DNA of 63,887 nt, filler included, from Octopus bimaculoides (GCF_001194135.2; 5 parts of 5 records of this genome joined end to end with filler, not necessarily neighbours in it); one strand, 5' to 3'; counted from the whole stretch's first letter, positions 25,728 through 37,724 are shown. Notes: generated from the letters alone by a model not told the origin. Program-made: numbers and translations.

Positions 25728-25864
25728 TTTTCTTTTTGGGTTTTGGTGCTGTATCGCATTTCAGTGACTCCAGTTTTGATTTTGCTTGGTCAATTATTTT
25801 CACAACACTCTCACCGCAGCCTGTACTAGCACTTCTTATACAATGCAAATGATCCAGGCTCAGT
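25728..25864 (-). CDS. Internal exon (137 nt) of the six-Cys, neuritin-like secreted protein
   Basis: Acceptor GTTTGTTTTGCAG, donor GTGAGT. Only one frame is open (LSLDHLHCIRSASTGCGESVVKIIDQAKSKLESLKCDTAPKPKKK), and its phase matches the 26414-26522 exon. Confidence 0.8.
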
Positions 25865-26124
25865 CTGCAAAACAAACGCGCACATGTACAAAATTATACA
25901 CAACATGTTTGTGTGTGTGTGTGTGTATGTATAGAGACAATTATATGTATATGTACGTATATATGTATATATGTGTACGCAAGCATGCATGTAAACATGT
26001 ATGTGTATATATACGTATGTATGTATGTATGTATGTATGTATGTGTGTGTATGTATGTGTGTAAAGAGAGGTCTATTTCCTCGCAGGAAGATAGGGATGT
26101 TGGTAAGTATTATACTTATGCAAC

Positions 26125-26325
26125 GTTAGGCAGTGAGCTGGTAGAGTCGTTACTGCACCGGCCAAAATACCTAGTGGTATTTCGTCCGCTTTTACGTTTT
26201 GAGTTGAGGTTGCTTTCATCCTTTTGAGGTCGATACATTAAGTACCAGTGGAACACCAGGGTCGATGTAATCAGCTGACCCACTCCCTCGAAACAGCTGG
26301 CCTTGTAACCAAAATTTGAAATCGA
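26125..26325 (+). mobile_element. SINE family B in an intron
   Basis: GGCAGTGAGCTGGTAGAGTCGTTAC...GAGGTCGATACATTAAGTACCAG. Confidence 0.8.
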
Positions 26326-26413
26326 TATTACATCCAAAGTTGTAAACCTCTATTCCTAATATTAACCACCATGTGGCGAGTGACAATCTGGTGTGCATGT
26401 GGTTTGAACTTAC

Positions 26414-26522
26414 TTGCAGAAAGCCTTGTGGTTAGCTTCCATTTCTCTTGATTTCTTCATGTAGTTATCCTGACAATCTGAAACTTTCGAGATATCACAT
26501 GCGGCCATTGCATAAGTGACCA
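26414..26522 (-). CDS. Internal exon (109 nt) of the six-Cys, neuritin-like secreted protein, including a probable signal-peptide C-region
   Basis: Acceptor TTTTCTTCTTGTTTCAG, donor GTAAGT; encodes VTYAMAACDISKVSDCQDNYMKKSREMEANHKAFC. The upstream exon was not found and may lie in a gap. Confidence 0.82.
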
Positions 26523-26857
26523 CTGAAACAAGAAGAAAATTATACATGTGAAAGAAAATATTGTGCAACAAGTGTGTGAATACGTGCATATATATATATG
26601 TNNNNNNNNNNNNNTATATAGTAAAAAAATATACAAATAATCTCAAAGACGAAGTAAAAATCCAAACAGGGTTGACACTCGGAAAATTGGAAGAAGTCTT
26701 TACCATTTCGAACCTACGCTCCTCCACGGAAAAGATAAATGAGGAGAGAGAAAAATAAAAAGTGTGAAGAACATACATACATACATACAAACATACATAC
26801 ATACATACATACATACATACATACATACATACATACATACGGTAAAGAGTTAAGACC

Positions 26858-27095
26858 TACTTCGGTCACGAATGACCATTGGATTGCACCTAGAAAGTTA
26901 CCCTCCGAGGTATAAGTCCGGGCAGGGTTGTTTACGAAAGGCCAGCAGTAGCCCATGTATACCTTCTCTCCCCTTCTCCGTGCCACCGGTGTTATCCAAG
27001 GGAAAGGCAAAGACCGATGACGTTTGATATCAGTGACGTCACAACTCACTTCTATAGCTGAGTGAACTGGAGGAACGTGAAATATACTTGCTCCA
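26858..27095 (-). mobile_element. SINE family C, 5'-truncated
   Basis: CTTCGGTCACGAATGACCATTGGATTGCACCTAGAAAGTTACCCTCCGAGG matches the copies at 9913 and 45440. Confidence 0.85.
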
Positions 27096-27379
27096 ATTAA
27101 CAATTTAGACAGCCTCTCGGAAAGTTGTTACTCCATCTCTGTGAAATTGTCCTTGTGTGTGTGTGTGTGTGTATGCGTGTGTGTATGTGTGTGTGTGTAT
27201 TTGTGTGTGTGTGTGTATGCGTGCGAATGTGTATCAGAGAAAAAGAGAAGTGAGAAAGAGAGAGAGACAGAGAGAGAGAGCAAGACCCTGGAAAAGAGAT
27301 AGACAGAAAAGCAGCCATGATTCAGAAGAAAATAAAGAGTAGAGAAGGAAAGACAGACTGGAGATAATGCTAAAAGGAA

Positions 27380-27388
27380 CAGACAGGC

Positions 27389-27451
<63 letters not shown>

Positions 27452-27460
27452 TAGATAGAC

Positions 27461-27515
<55 letters not shown>

Positions 27516-27580
27516 CAGATAGATAGATAGACAGACAGATAGATAAATAGATAGATAGATAGACAGATAGATAGATAGAC

Positions 27581-27644
<64 letters not shown>

Positions 27645-27645
27645 C
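27380..27645. repeat. (GACA)n/(GATA)n microsatellite
   Basis: Directly visible. Confidence 0.97.
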
Positions 27646-27743
27646 TACTGATATACGATCCATAGGAATTGATAAGAAAAAGCATAATACCGTCACTGTA
27701 TCACTTGTAAATCAAGGGAAAGTAGAAGAACAAAAAGTATTTC

Positions 27744-27753
27744 AGCCAATCAG
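27744..27753 (+). promoter_or_regulatory. CCAAT box (NF-Y consensus)
   Basis: AGCCAATCAG about 140 bp upstream of the ATG at 27891. Confidence 0.3.
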
Positions 27754-27890
27754 AATCTTTCATTCACTTAACAATAATCATAGTTTAAGTTTCACACAAC
27801 TGAAACATTAAAGCAGATCTTGGAAGTAGATTCGGTTTTAAAAAATTCCTATTGATTTCTTATAAGATACAAGACCACTAAGTAGTTAGG

Positions 27891-28069
27891 ATGGGAGAAT
27901 ATATTAACATTTTGAATGCAGCATTTATCTTATCGTCTTCAAAAGAGGAATCTAAAGTGAATTCGAGCGAGAATTGCGATGGCAAACGAGATTTGAGCAA
28001 TGTAATAGGACGTGAAAGGAATCAAATACTTGAAAGAGTTGCATCAAGTATCGCTCCACAACAGTTGTG
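27891..28069 (+). CDS. 5' part of an orphan ORF, truncated by a gap; possible distant paralog of the 18497 ORF
   Basis: AGGATGG context, an acceptor-like TTTCTTATAAG ending at 27866, and 59 open codons. SSKE....N and LSNVI...LE resemble SSKE....N and LSEVV...LE in ORF 18497. Confidence 0.4.
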
Positions 28070-29149
28070 NNNNNNNNNNNNNNNNNNNNNNNNNNNNNNN
28101 NNNNNNNNNNNNNNNNNNNNNNNNNNNNNNNNNNNNNNNNNNNNNNNNNNNNNNNNNNNNNNNNNNNNNNNNNNNNNNNNNNNNNNNNNNNNNNNNNNNN
28201 NNNNNNNNNNNNNNNNNNNNNNNNNNNNNNNNNNNNNNNNNNNNNNNNNNNNNNNNNNNNNNNNNNNNNNNNNNNNNNNNNNNNNNNNNNNNNNNNNNNN
28301 NNNNNNNNNNNNNNNNNNNNNNNNNNNNNNNNNNNNNNNNNNNNNNNNNNNNNNNNNNNNNNNNNNNNNNNNNNNNNNNNNNNNNNNNNNNNNNNNNNNN
28401 NNNNNNNNNNNNNNNNNNNNNNNNNNNNNNNNNNNNNNNNNNNNNNNNNNNNNNNNNNNNNNNNNNNNNNNNNNNNNNNNNNNNNNNNNNNNNNNNNNNN
28501 NNNNNNNNNNNNNNNNNNNNNNNNNNNNNNNNNNNNNNNNNNNNNNNNNNNNNNNNNNNNNNNNNNNNNNNNNNNNNNNNNNNNNNNNNNNNNNNNNNNN
28601 NNNNNNNNNNNNNNNNNNNNNNNNNNNNNNNNNNNNNNNNNNNNNNNNNNNNNNNNNNNNNNNNNNNNNNNNNNNNNNNNNNNNNNNNNNNNNNNNNNNN
28701 NNNNNNNNNNNNNNNNNNNNNNNNNNNNNNNNNNNNNNNNNNNNNNNNNNNNNNNNNNNNNNNNNNNNNNNNNNNNNNNNNNNNNNNNNNNNNNNNNNNN
28801 NNNNNNNNNNNNNNNNNNNNNNNNNNNNNNNNNNNNNNNNNNNNNNNNNNNNNNNNNNNNNNNNNNNNNNNNNNNNNNNNNNNNNNNNNNNNNNNNNNNN
28901 NNNNNNNNTATATATATATATATATATTCAGTAAATGTATAACAAGGACTTCGGACCTCACCTCTTATGTATATGAATACATACTGGAAGCGTTAGAAAT
29001 GAAACTAATATATATAGATACATAATGAAAGTAATTTAAATTGAAACCATATAATAGTGAAGGTATTAATAGAGATTATCTTGTTTCACTTTTGACATGT
29101 AATACAGGAACAGTGTAAGAGATAAGAGCTTGCTCCGGGCTCGCATTAG

Positions 29150-29425
29150 ACAAGAAGTTGAAATTTTGGGGGGCCCATGACACTGCTTGGACTCTAAGTA
29201 ATGCATGTGTAAAATTTTAATGAAATCCATTGGGTAGTTCTCGAATTTTAGTGATGCAAACATACAGACAGACTGACTAACAGACAGACTGACTTACAGA
29301 CAGACTGACTAACAGACAGACTGACTTACAGACAGACTGACTAACAGACTGACTGACTAACAGACAGACTGACTAACAGACAGACTGACTAACAGACACA
29401 CATTCTCAGCGTTATATATATAGAT
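29150..29425 (+). mobile_element. Helitron/HINE-like non-autonomous element 3' end with (CAGACTGACTAA)n array
   Basis: Internal ACAGAC-type repeats followed by the terminal ...TTATATATATAGAT, a pattern typical of such elements. Confidence 0.5.
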
Positions 29426-30138
29426 AACTTTATAACTTTATAATTTTTTACATACACACACATACACATACATACACGCACTTATACATATATATATACA
29501 TACATGCATACATACATATATATATANNNNNNNNNNNNNNNNNNNNNNNNNNNNNNNNNNNNNNNNNNNNNNNNNNNNNNNNNNNNNNNNNNNNNNNNNN
29601 NNNNNNNNNNNNNNNNNNNNNNNNNNNNNNNNNNNNNNNNNNNNNNNNNNNNNNNNNNNNNNNNNNNNNNNNNNNNNNNNNNNNNNNNNNNNNNNNNNNN
29701 NNNNNNNNNNNNNNNNNNNNNNNNNNNNNNNNNNNNNNNNNNNNNNNNNNNNNNNNNNNNNNNNNNNNNNNNNNNNNNNNNNNNNNNNNNNNNNNNNNNN
29801 NNNNNNNNNNNNNNNNNNNNNNNNNNNNNNNNNNNNNNNNNNNNNNNNNNNNNNNNNNNNNNNNNNNNNNNNNNNNNNNNNNNNNNNNNNNNNNNNNNNN
29901 NNNNNNNNNNNNNNNNNNNNNNNNNNNNNNNNNNNNNNNNNNNNNNNNNNNNNNNNNNNNNNNNNNNNNNNNNNNNNNNNNNNNNNNNNNNNNNNNNNNN
30001 NNNNNNNNNNNNNNNNNNNNNNNNNNNNNNNNNNNNNNNNNNNNNNNNNNNNNNNNNNNNNNNNNNNNNNNNNNNNNNNNNNNNNNNNNNNNNNNNNNNN
30101 NNNNNNNNNNNNNNNNNNNNNNNNNNNNNNNNNNNNNC

Positions 30139-30493
30139 ACACAAAAAAAAATGGAAAACAAGACAAGCAACACGGCGAACGACCATTCGTCAGGATGAAT
30201 GGAGGTCGATTTTATCGGATATATGCAGAACTTTAGTCGACTCTATGCCCAGAAGACTTAATGCAGTCATTGATAGCAAGGGTGGTCGCACCAAATATTG
30301 GATATAGCAAGGGTGTACATATTTTTGTAACCTTTGAAAATTAATATTTCGTTCGTATCTTTGAAAATATTTATTGTTTTGTGTTCCAAATTTGTATAAT
30401 GTTTGCACGTATAATATATTTTATTCAGTATAAATTTCGTTTGATTTTACTGAAATTTTTTTAGGGGTGTACATACTTCTGTGAACAACTGTA
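30139..30493 (+). mobile_element. Tc1-like transposase C-terminus with 3' TIR
   Basis: EWRSI...CRTLVDSMPRRLNAVIDSKGGRTKY is a typical Tc1 terminus; ends ...GTGAACAACTG plus TA. Confidence 0.88.
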
Positions 30494-30828
30494 AATGCAC
30501 ATACATGCATACATACATTCAAGCATGCATACATATAGTTTCATTTTTCTTTTATTATTTTAGTGCGCTTAGTCATTGTCCTGCGGTCATTCTGAAGCTA
30601 CGTGTTCAGTGGTTTTTGTCGATTGTATCGATCTGAGTATTTATTTCATCCTGGTACTTATTTTATTGATCTCCTTTTATCGAGTGGCTAATTTAACAAT
30701 TTCGTTATAAAGCAACGTAAAAAAATTCTCTGATTTACACCGAAGAAACATAAACACATACCACCCTTGTCTCTTTCGACGGCTAAAGGACAAAAACAAC
30801 ATAAGTGTTACTCGTAAACAACCACCCA

Positions 30829-30870
<42 letters not shown>

Positions 30871-31074
30871 NNNNNNNNNNATATACGTACAGTTAATCGT
30901 GAGCGATATTATTCAATGAGAGGCCTCACACTCACTCCAAATCTGGTTTCCTCGCTATCAGCAAGGATCTCTTCTGGAGAAACTCATCATTAACAAAGCT
31001 GGGACATGTTAAAGACTGGTTCTTCTCTTAAGATCAGAAAGTACTTAATGGCCTTGATTTACTGATAAAGCGCA

Positions 31075-31550
31075 AACGAGGTCTATAATGGAGAAGACTT
31101 TGAAGATAAGGCGAACTATCATCAAGATGGAGCACCCCCACACTGCTATCACGATGTTAGATCCTTCCTTGAGATCTTGCCAAACAGGTGGATTGGACGA
31201 AGGAGTTTCGTTGAATACCCTCCGCGTTCACTAGACCTCGCACCACTAGATATTTTTATTGGGATACCTAAAAGACAAAGTCTACGCTATGAAACTTGCA
31301 ACAGTCGCTGAATGAGCGCAGCCATTGAACGAGAATGCACACAAATACCAAACGAATTGTTTGCGATTCCATTGCTTCGCGCTGTCAGCAGTTCATGGAC
31401 CAGAACGGACGTCAGTTTGAAAACAGGAGTTGACAAAACAATAGAATAATGTCTGTAGATTCTATCAAATTTTGAAAATGAAATGTATCTGAATAAACAC
31501 CTACTTTACAATTATCTAAAGTGTGTATACATTTTTTGGAGACACCCTAT
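31075..31550 (+). mobile_element. DD41D-like (rosa/Visitor) Tc1/mariner fragment with 3' TIR
   Basis: HQDGAPPH...RWIGRR...YPPRSLDLAPLD (40-residue spacing in this degenerate copy); ends TTTTTGGAGACACCCTATA. Confidence 0.82.
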
Positions 31551-31600
31551 AGATATATGTATGTATGTATGTATAGATAGATAGATAGTTAGATAGATAA

Positions 31601-31684
<84 letters not shown>

Positions 31685-31696
31685 TTAGATAGATAA

Positions 31697-31762
<66 letters not shown>

Positions 31763-31763
31763 G

Positions 31764-31801
<38 letters not shown>

Positions 31802-31807
31802 AAAAAG

Positions 31808-32023
31808 GTGAGTTGGCAGAATTGATAGCGTGCTGGACAAAATGGTTAGCGGTGTTTCACCCGTCGCTACGTTCTGACTTCAAATTCCACCGAGGTCGAC
31901 TTTACCTTTCATTCTTTCGGGGTCGATGAAATACGTACCAGTTACGCACTGGGGACGGTGTAATCGACTTATCCCCTCCCACCAAATTTCAGGCTCAGTG
32001 CCTGTATACATGTAGTAGAAAAG

Positions 32024-32030
<7 letters not shown>
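31808..32030 (+). mobile_element. SINE family B
   Basis: Matches the other family B copies. Confidence 0.85.
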
Positions 32031-32054
<24 letters not shown>

Positions 32055-32334
32055 TATATATATATATGTATGTATATGTATGTATATATATATANNNNNN
32101 NNNNNNNNNNNNNNNNNNNNNNNNNNNNNNNNNNNNNNNNNNNNNNNNNNNNNNNNNNNNNNNNNNNNNNNNNNNNNNNNNNNNNNNNNNNNNNNNNNNN
32201 NNNNNNNNNNNNNNNNNNNNNATTTATGTATATATAAAGGGGTGAGAGATTTTAGCCGATGTCATGACCCTTCTACTTCACTGGTACTTTCGTATTATGA
32301 ACAACCAAATGATGAAAGGCAAAGTTTCAAATTT

Positions 32335-32535
32335 TGACACAAGGCCAGCAATATCGGTGGAGGGTGTAAGTCGATAACATCGACCCCAGTACTCAAATAA
32401 TACTTATTTTATCGATCCCGAAAACATGAAAGGCAAAGTCGTCCTCGGCGGAATTTGAACTCAGAACGTAAAGCTGGACGAAATGTTGCTAAGTTTTTTT
32501 CCCGGTGCGTTAACGATACTGCCAGCACACTACCT
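32335..32535 (-). mobile_element. SINE family B
   Basis: Matches the other family B copies. Confidence 0.85.
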
Positions 32536-32930
32536 TAACCCTTTAGCATTCAAACCGGTGAGATCCAACCCAAATATTCTACCTGTTTATGTTCAAACTG
32601 GTCAGATCCGGATTCTCATACTGAGTCGAAAATGTCATTCTTAATAATAAGCAATCACATGGAAACCTTGAAGCTAGCTATGAGATAATGCACGACTAAT
32701 TCAAAACACTGGAAATAAATGAGTTATCAGAGATGAGGGCAGCAGCATCAAAATCCCTCATTGATCAAATGCCACATATTACAAGAGGTTCCAAGTAATG
32801 ATGTAGCTCAGTCAACGGTGATGCTCCAGCATGACCGCAGCTTTAAAGTTGAAACATTTTAAAATAGCAAAAATAGTTGACATAAAATAGTATCACATTT
32901 GACAGAGTAATTTGAATGTGGAAAGGTTAA
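32535..32930. mobile_element. piggyBac-like MITE with TTAA target-site duplication
   Basis: TTAA-CCCTTTAGCATTCAAA ... TTTGAATGTGGAAAGG-TTAA: imperfect TIRs with TTAA on both sides. Confidence 0.65.
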
Positions 32931-33526
32931 AAATGTGAAAAGATTATGATGGCTTACATAAGCTTAGCTTGTGTGCGTATATCTGTGTATACGTGTGTGT
33001 GTGTGTATGCGAGAGGGAGAGTATAGGAACGTATATGTATGTGCATGTATGTACATGTATGTCTCTATGTGAATATATATATATTCATATATATGTGCGT
33101 GTGTGTATGTGTGAGTGTGTGGGGACTCTTACGAGCTTGCTTGCATGCGTGAGAGGTAAACATTGATGTGATGTAAATAATTGAAACATCCTGTCCTTAA
33201 TCTTGCATTTCGTTTTCCTTCTTTTTTTAATCAAATGTCACATGACCTGCTTGAATTTAACCTACATCTGATTTTTCGGAGAGTTGACCTCATTTCCTTG
33301 TTTGTCAATGAACGCTTGCGCGCTCGCACACAGACACATACACACACGTATACACACATACACACACGCATGCGCGCACATATACACATACGTACAAACA
33401 CACGCACACACACATACATGTACGCACCTTGTGATCTCAAATTCCTGATGGATCTCAAGGCTACGTCATGATGTATAGCGGCCAGTCCTTTTCCTCCTCA
33501 CTTCTAACCCTATGTGAATTCCTCCA

Positions 33527-33606
33527 AGGAGGAGGAGGGGGAGGAGGAGGAGAAGAAGAAGAAGAAGAAGAAGAAGAAGAAGAAGAAGAAGAAGAAGAAG
33601 AAGAAG

Positions 33607-33638
<32 letters not shown>

Positions 33639-33640
33639 AT
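33527..33640. repeat. Compound trinucleotide run (GGA)n(GAA)n(CAA)n
   Basis: Directly visible. Confidence 0.95.
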
Positions 33641-33746
33641 AATTTTNNNNNNNNNNNNNNNNNNNNNNNNNNNNNNNNNNNNNNNNNNNNTTAATTAATT
33701 AANNNNNNNNNNNNNNNNNNNNNNNNNNNNNNNNNNNNNNNNNNNN

Positions 33747-34145
33747 GTCTCACTAGAAATAAGGCATCAGTAGTGCTTTTACCTGGCACGAACCCAAACT
33801 GCATCTCATCTAAATTGATTCGCTCCCTAATTAGTTGGGCTATGACCCTCTCTGTAACTTTCATAACCTGATCTAACAGCTTGATGCCTCTGTAATTATT
33901 TGTATCTAAAGCGTCACCTTTACCTTTGTAGCAGTTGACTATGATGCTGCTACACCAGTCATTGGGTATGACTCCTTCGTGTATCACCTGGTTCGTAATA
34001 CGGGTGACTAGGCTATAGCCAACACTGCCAGATATTTTGAGCATCTCTGCAGTGATTCCTGATGGGCCGGGGCTTTCCCGGTCTTCATACTCTTAATTGC
34101 TTTATCTAACTGTGTTCTGATAGATTATGCTCTGGAAAATGTACT
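33747..34145 (-). mobile_element. RTE-clade LINE reverse transcriptase fragment
   Basis: KAIKSMKTGKAP...IPNDWCSSIIVNCYKGKGDALDTNNYRGIKLL...MQFGFVPGKSTTDALFLVR: N-terminal RT subdomains of a non-LTR RT. Confidence 0.93.
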
Positions 34146-34566
34146 GGCCATTGTCTCAGCAGCAGTTGCAAATAATGAAAAAAACAGGGCTGACAATCAA
34201 CATCCAGAAAACTGAGGTCATCTGATAATGGGACAAGACCTTCCTCCTCTCTAATTTCTCACTACAACAGAAAATGCTTGGAGATAATTCCACACATGTT
34301 GAATGGTGGTGCACCAGCATGACCACAGCTTTGAAGCTGAAACACTTTAAAGATTTATATGTGTGTGGTGATAAATAGATAGATAAACATAATTTTATTC
34401 TTTTACTATTTCAGTTATTGTCTGTGGCCCTTCTGGGGCACTGCCATCATGTATTTTGTTGATCATATCGATCTGAGCTATCTGTTTGTCAAACTGCAAA
34501 GTTAATTGAAAGGATGCAACATTAACACCACCAATTTTTCAGACTGGCATAAACTAAGCACACGCG

Positions 34567-34613
<47 letters not shown>

Positions 34614-34847
34614 ACACTCATACACACACGTGCCTGCACCAACTAGTAAATCTTAGACATAATTTATAGAAAAATACTTTGATGAAGATGTCAGACAGTG
34701 GTATTGAACCAGGAACCATGTGGCCATGAAGCAAAGTATTTCACTGCAGAACTATTCATTGCTATACAGACACCACACATGCATATTCCGTACATAGAAT
34801 TCTACCTTGAGAAACACATTCACACATACATGTAGGTACATACATAC

Positions 34848-34893
<46 letters not shown>

Positions 34894-34927
34894 TAGACAG
34901 ATAAAGAGAAATATGCACAGAGACTAA

Positions 34928-34991
<64 letters not shown>

Positions 34992-35351
34992 GAGTCTATT
35001 GATGTTAGTAAAAAGTACCTGCATTCAATCACTTCCAACTATTCTCCCTTTCTGCTTCCCTTTGTAGTTGAATACACTTCCTAATTTCTTTACAGAAGGG
35101 CTTATTGCTGTTGTTGTTGATGTTGTTGCTGTATTTCATTTCTCCCTTTGAACCCTCAAAAACGTTCCCCTTTCTTTCTGGTGGCTTTTGTTCTTTTTTG
35201 TTGTTATTGTTGAGGTTGTTCTTGCTTTCCGCTTATTTCTTTTGCAAGATTTTCTCACTCACACTTCACTGACTTTCAATAAACTAATAAATAAGTCATA
35301 ATGATAACAGTAACACAATAATGTTCATATCATATATATATACATATATAC

Positions 35352-35418
<67 letters not shown>

Positions 35419-36138
35419 AAGAGAAAGACAGAAATGGATAGATACATATTCATAGGTGGATAGAAAGATACACAGCGTTGTGCAGTATCTTTAGCAGTGC
35501 TATTTCAGAAGAGGCTGCATGAATGCAGAATTTGATTGGTAACCACATGATTTTGGGTGATTCTGTCAAACTGAATAGCATCACGAGTATGAGTTTTCAG
35601 CTTTTGTCTTGGGTCAACTATGCACTGTGGTTAAAACTGTAAGAAGGAAAATGTATGAAAGCCTGTTTGATATGTATATCTATCTATCATTCTCACCATT
35701 TTTTTAAAACATTGACTTTTCCATGCTTACATAAGTCAAACAAGACTGTACTGCTGATGCCCTTCCTGACACCAACCGTCACCTAATCCCCCTGTCTATC
35801 AAACCATGAGCCTGAACATGGTTAGACATCGACTGGATACTAACAACACAGCTTAAATGAACATTTTGTTTACCATCAGAAAACACGTTAAGATGAGAAG
35901 AAGTATGAATTCACACACACACACTAGCCGTCTTCAGTTTCCCTCGACAATTTTCACAGATAAGGTATTGATCAAGACAGTTATAGTGCAGGACACCAGC
36001 TGACAGTATCCTTGCAGTGAGACCAGAACCTTTACAACAAGGCTCTGAAATGAACTCTTAATGCACACAACCTATATCCATGCATGCATCCATCCATCCA
36101 GAACAGTCTGGGACAGGATAACAAAAAATAGAATATCT

Positions 36139-36348
36139 ACAAACAAAGTTGATCATATTGAGAACGATGAGTCAAAAGATTACTGGTGGAACTTGAAAAT
36201 TGGAACAGCCACCAAGTTAAAACACAACTGACCGAATGTTGATGTGTGGGACCACAAATAAAAGATATGTTCCTGTTGTGGAAACCAGCTGCGTCCCTTA
36301 CAACAATTATCATCAATTCTAATGCTAAATTGTGGCTTTTTGAATGTA
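36139..36348 (+). pseudogene. Diverged inverted paralog (P1) of the 36496-36683 exon, including stop codon and start of 3' UTR
   Basis: Ends PYNNYHQF* versus PNNNYRQF*, followed by the shared TGCTAAATTGT.GCTTTTTGAATG. The upstream frame is disrupted. Confidence 0.6.
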
Positions 36349-36402
36349 ATAACATTTTATAAAGAAACTTTGGAAGCTTTGAAAGTGGTTGCTATTTCAC
36401 AG

Positions 36403-36470
36403 ACAAGAAAGTAAATTTTGAAAACAGTAAAACTGTAAAAACAGCATAGAAAGATTGGGTATTTAGCCTT
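36403..36470 (+). pseudogene. Truncated inverted paralog (P2) of the 36496-36683 exon
   Basis: Has its own acceptor GCTATTTCACAG; 57/68 nt identical to the start of the exon; carries a GAG/TAG nonsense difference. Confidence 0.75.
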
Positions 36471-36495
36471 GCATTCAAAAAGCTACAATTTAGCA

Positions 36496-36683
36496 TTAAA
36501 ATTGACGGTAATTGTTGTTGGGGGCGTTTAGTTTAATGGCAGAACACTCAGCCAATATTTCAGGGTACAAGTTTGACTCTCGTTGTCTCCTGCTTGCAAC
36601 TTCTTTCTCTCTTATAAGGGTAAACACATTATCTTTCTCTGGTGTTCTTACAGCTTTACTGCTCTCAAAATTTACTTTCTTGT
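36496..36683 (-). CDS. Candidate terminal coding exon of an unknown gene
   Basis: Acceptor TATTTATATTACAG, then 61 open codons (KKVNFESSKAVRTPEKDNVFTLIREKEVASRRQRESNLYPEILAECSAIKLNAPNNNYRQF*). The frame is intact while both paralogs are disrupted. Confidence 0.5.
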
Positions 36684-37671
36684 CTGTAATATAAATACAT
36701 ATATTCCAGGAACAGACATAAACTTCCTGTTGAAAAAGAGTTCATAACTAAAGACATTTGTCTCCCCTTACACATACTTCCTGTTTTGACACCACACTTC
36801 CTGCTTAACACAAACTTTTAACCCTTTTTTTAAACCTAACACAACTATCAATTCTCATGCATCCTTATTTTTCCAACCATTATATACATGAACTACCATT
36901 GAACTTCAAAAGCTCAAAGACAATATAATGTATTGGTATAGTTATTTTTTTATATATTATTTTTTTATATATCATTTTCTTCATTTTGTACTTCTTTGTA
37001 AAAAATATTTTCATTCTCCTTCTTGAAAATTTGCTTTGCAATGAAAGCCGGTTAGAAATCTTTATTAAAACATGATTCCAATTGAGCATTCTGCCTTATT
37101 CTTNNNNNNNNNNNNNNNNNNNNNNNNNNNNNNNNNNNNNNNNNNNNNNNNNNNNNNNNNNNNNNNNNNNNNNNNNNNNNNNNNNNNNNNNNNNNNNNNN
37201 NNNNNNNNNNNNNNNNNNNNNNNNNNNNNNNNNNNNNNNNNNNNNNNNNNNNNNNNNNNNNNNNNNNNNNNNNNNNNNNNNNNNNNNNNNNNNNNNNNNN
37301 NNNNNNNNNNNNNNNNNNNNNNNNNNNNNNNNNNNNNNNNNNNNNNNNNNNNNNNNNNNNNNNNNNNNNNNNNNNNNNNNNNNNNNNNNNNNNNNNNNNN
37401 NNNNNNNNNNNNNNNNNNNNNNNNNNNNNNNNNNNNNNNNNNNNNNNNNNNNNNNNNNNNNNNNNNNNNNNNNNNNNNNNNNNNNNNNNNNNNNNNNNNN
37501 NNNNNNNNNNNNNNNNNNNNNNNNNNNNNNNNNNNNNNNNNNNNNNNNNNNNNNNNNNNNNNNNNNNNNNNNNNNNNNNNNNNNNNNNNNNNNNNNNNNN
37601 NNNNNNNNNNNNNNNNNNNNNNNNNNNNNNNNNNNNNNNNNNNNNNNNNNNNNNNNNNNNNNNNNNNNNNN

Positions 37672-37724
<53 letters not shown>

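Noticed and set aside
26700-26740. GAAATG|GTAAAG as exon 1 of the six-Cys gene
   Set aside because: It is phase 0, whereas the 26522 exon needs a phase-1 junction, and it would supply no signal peptide.
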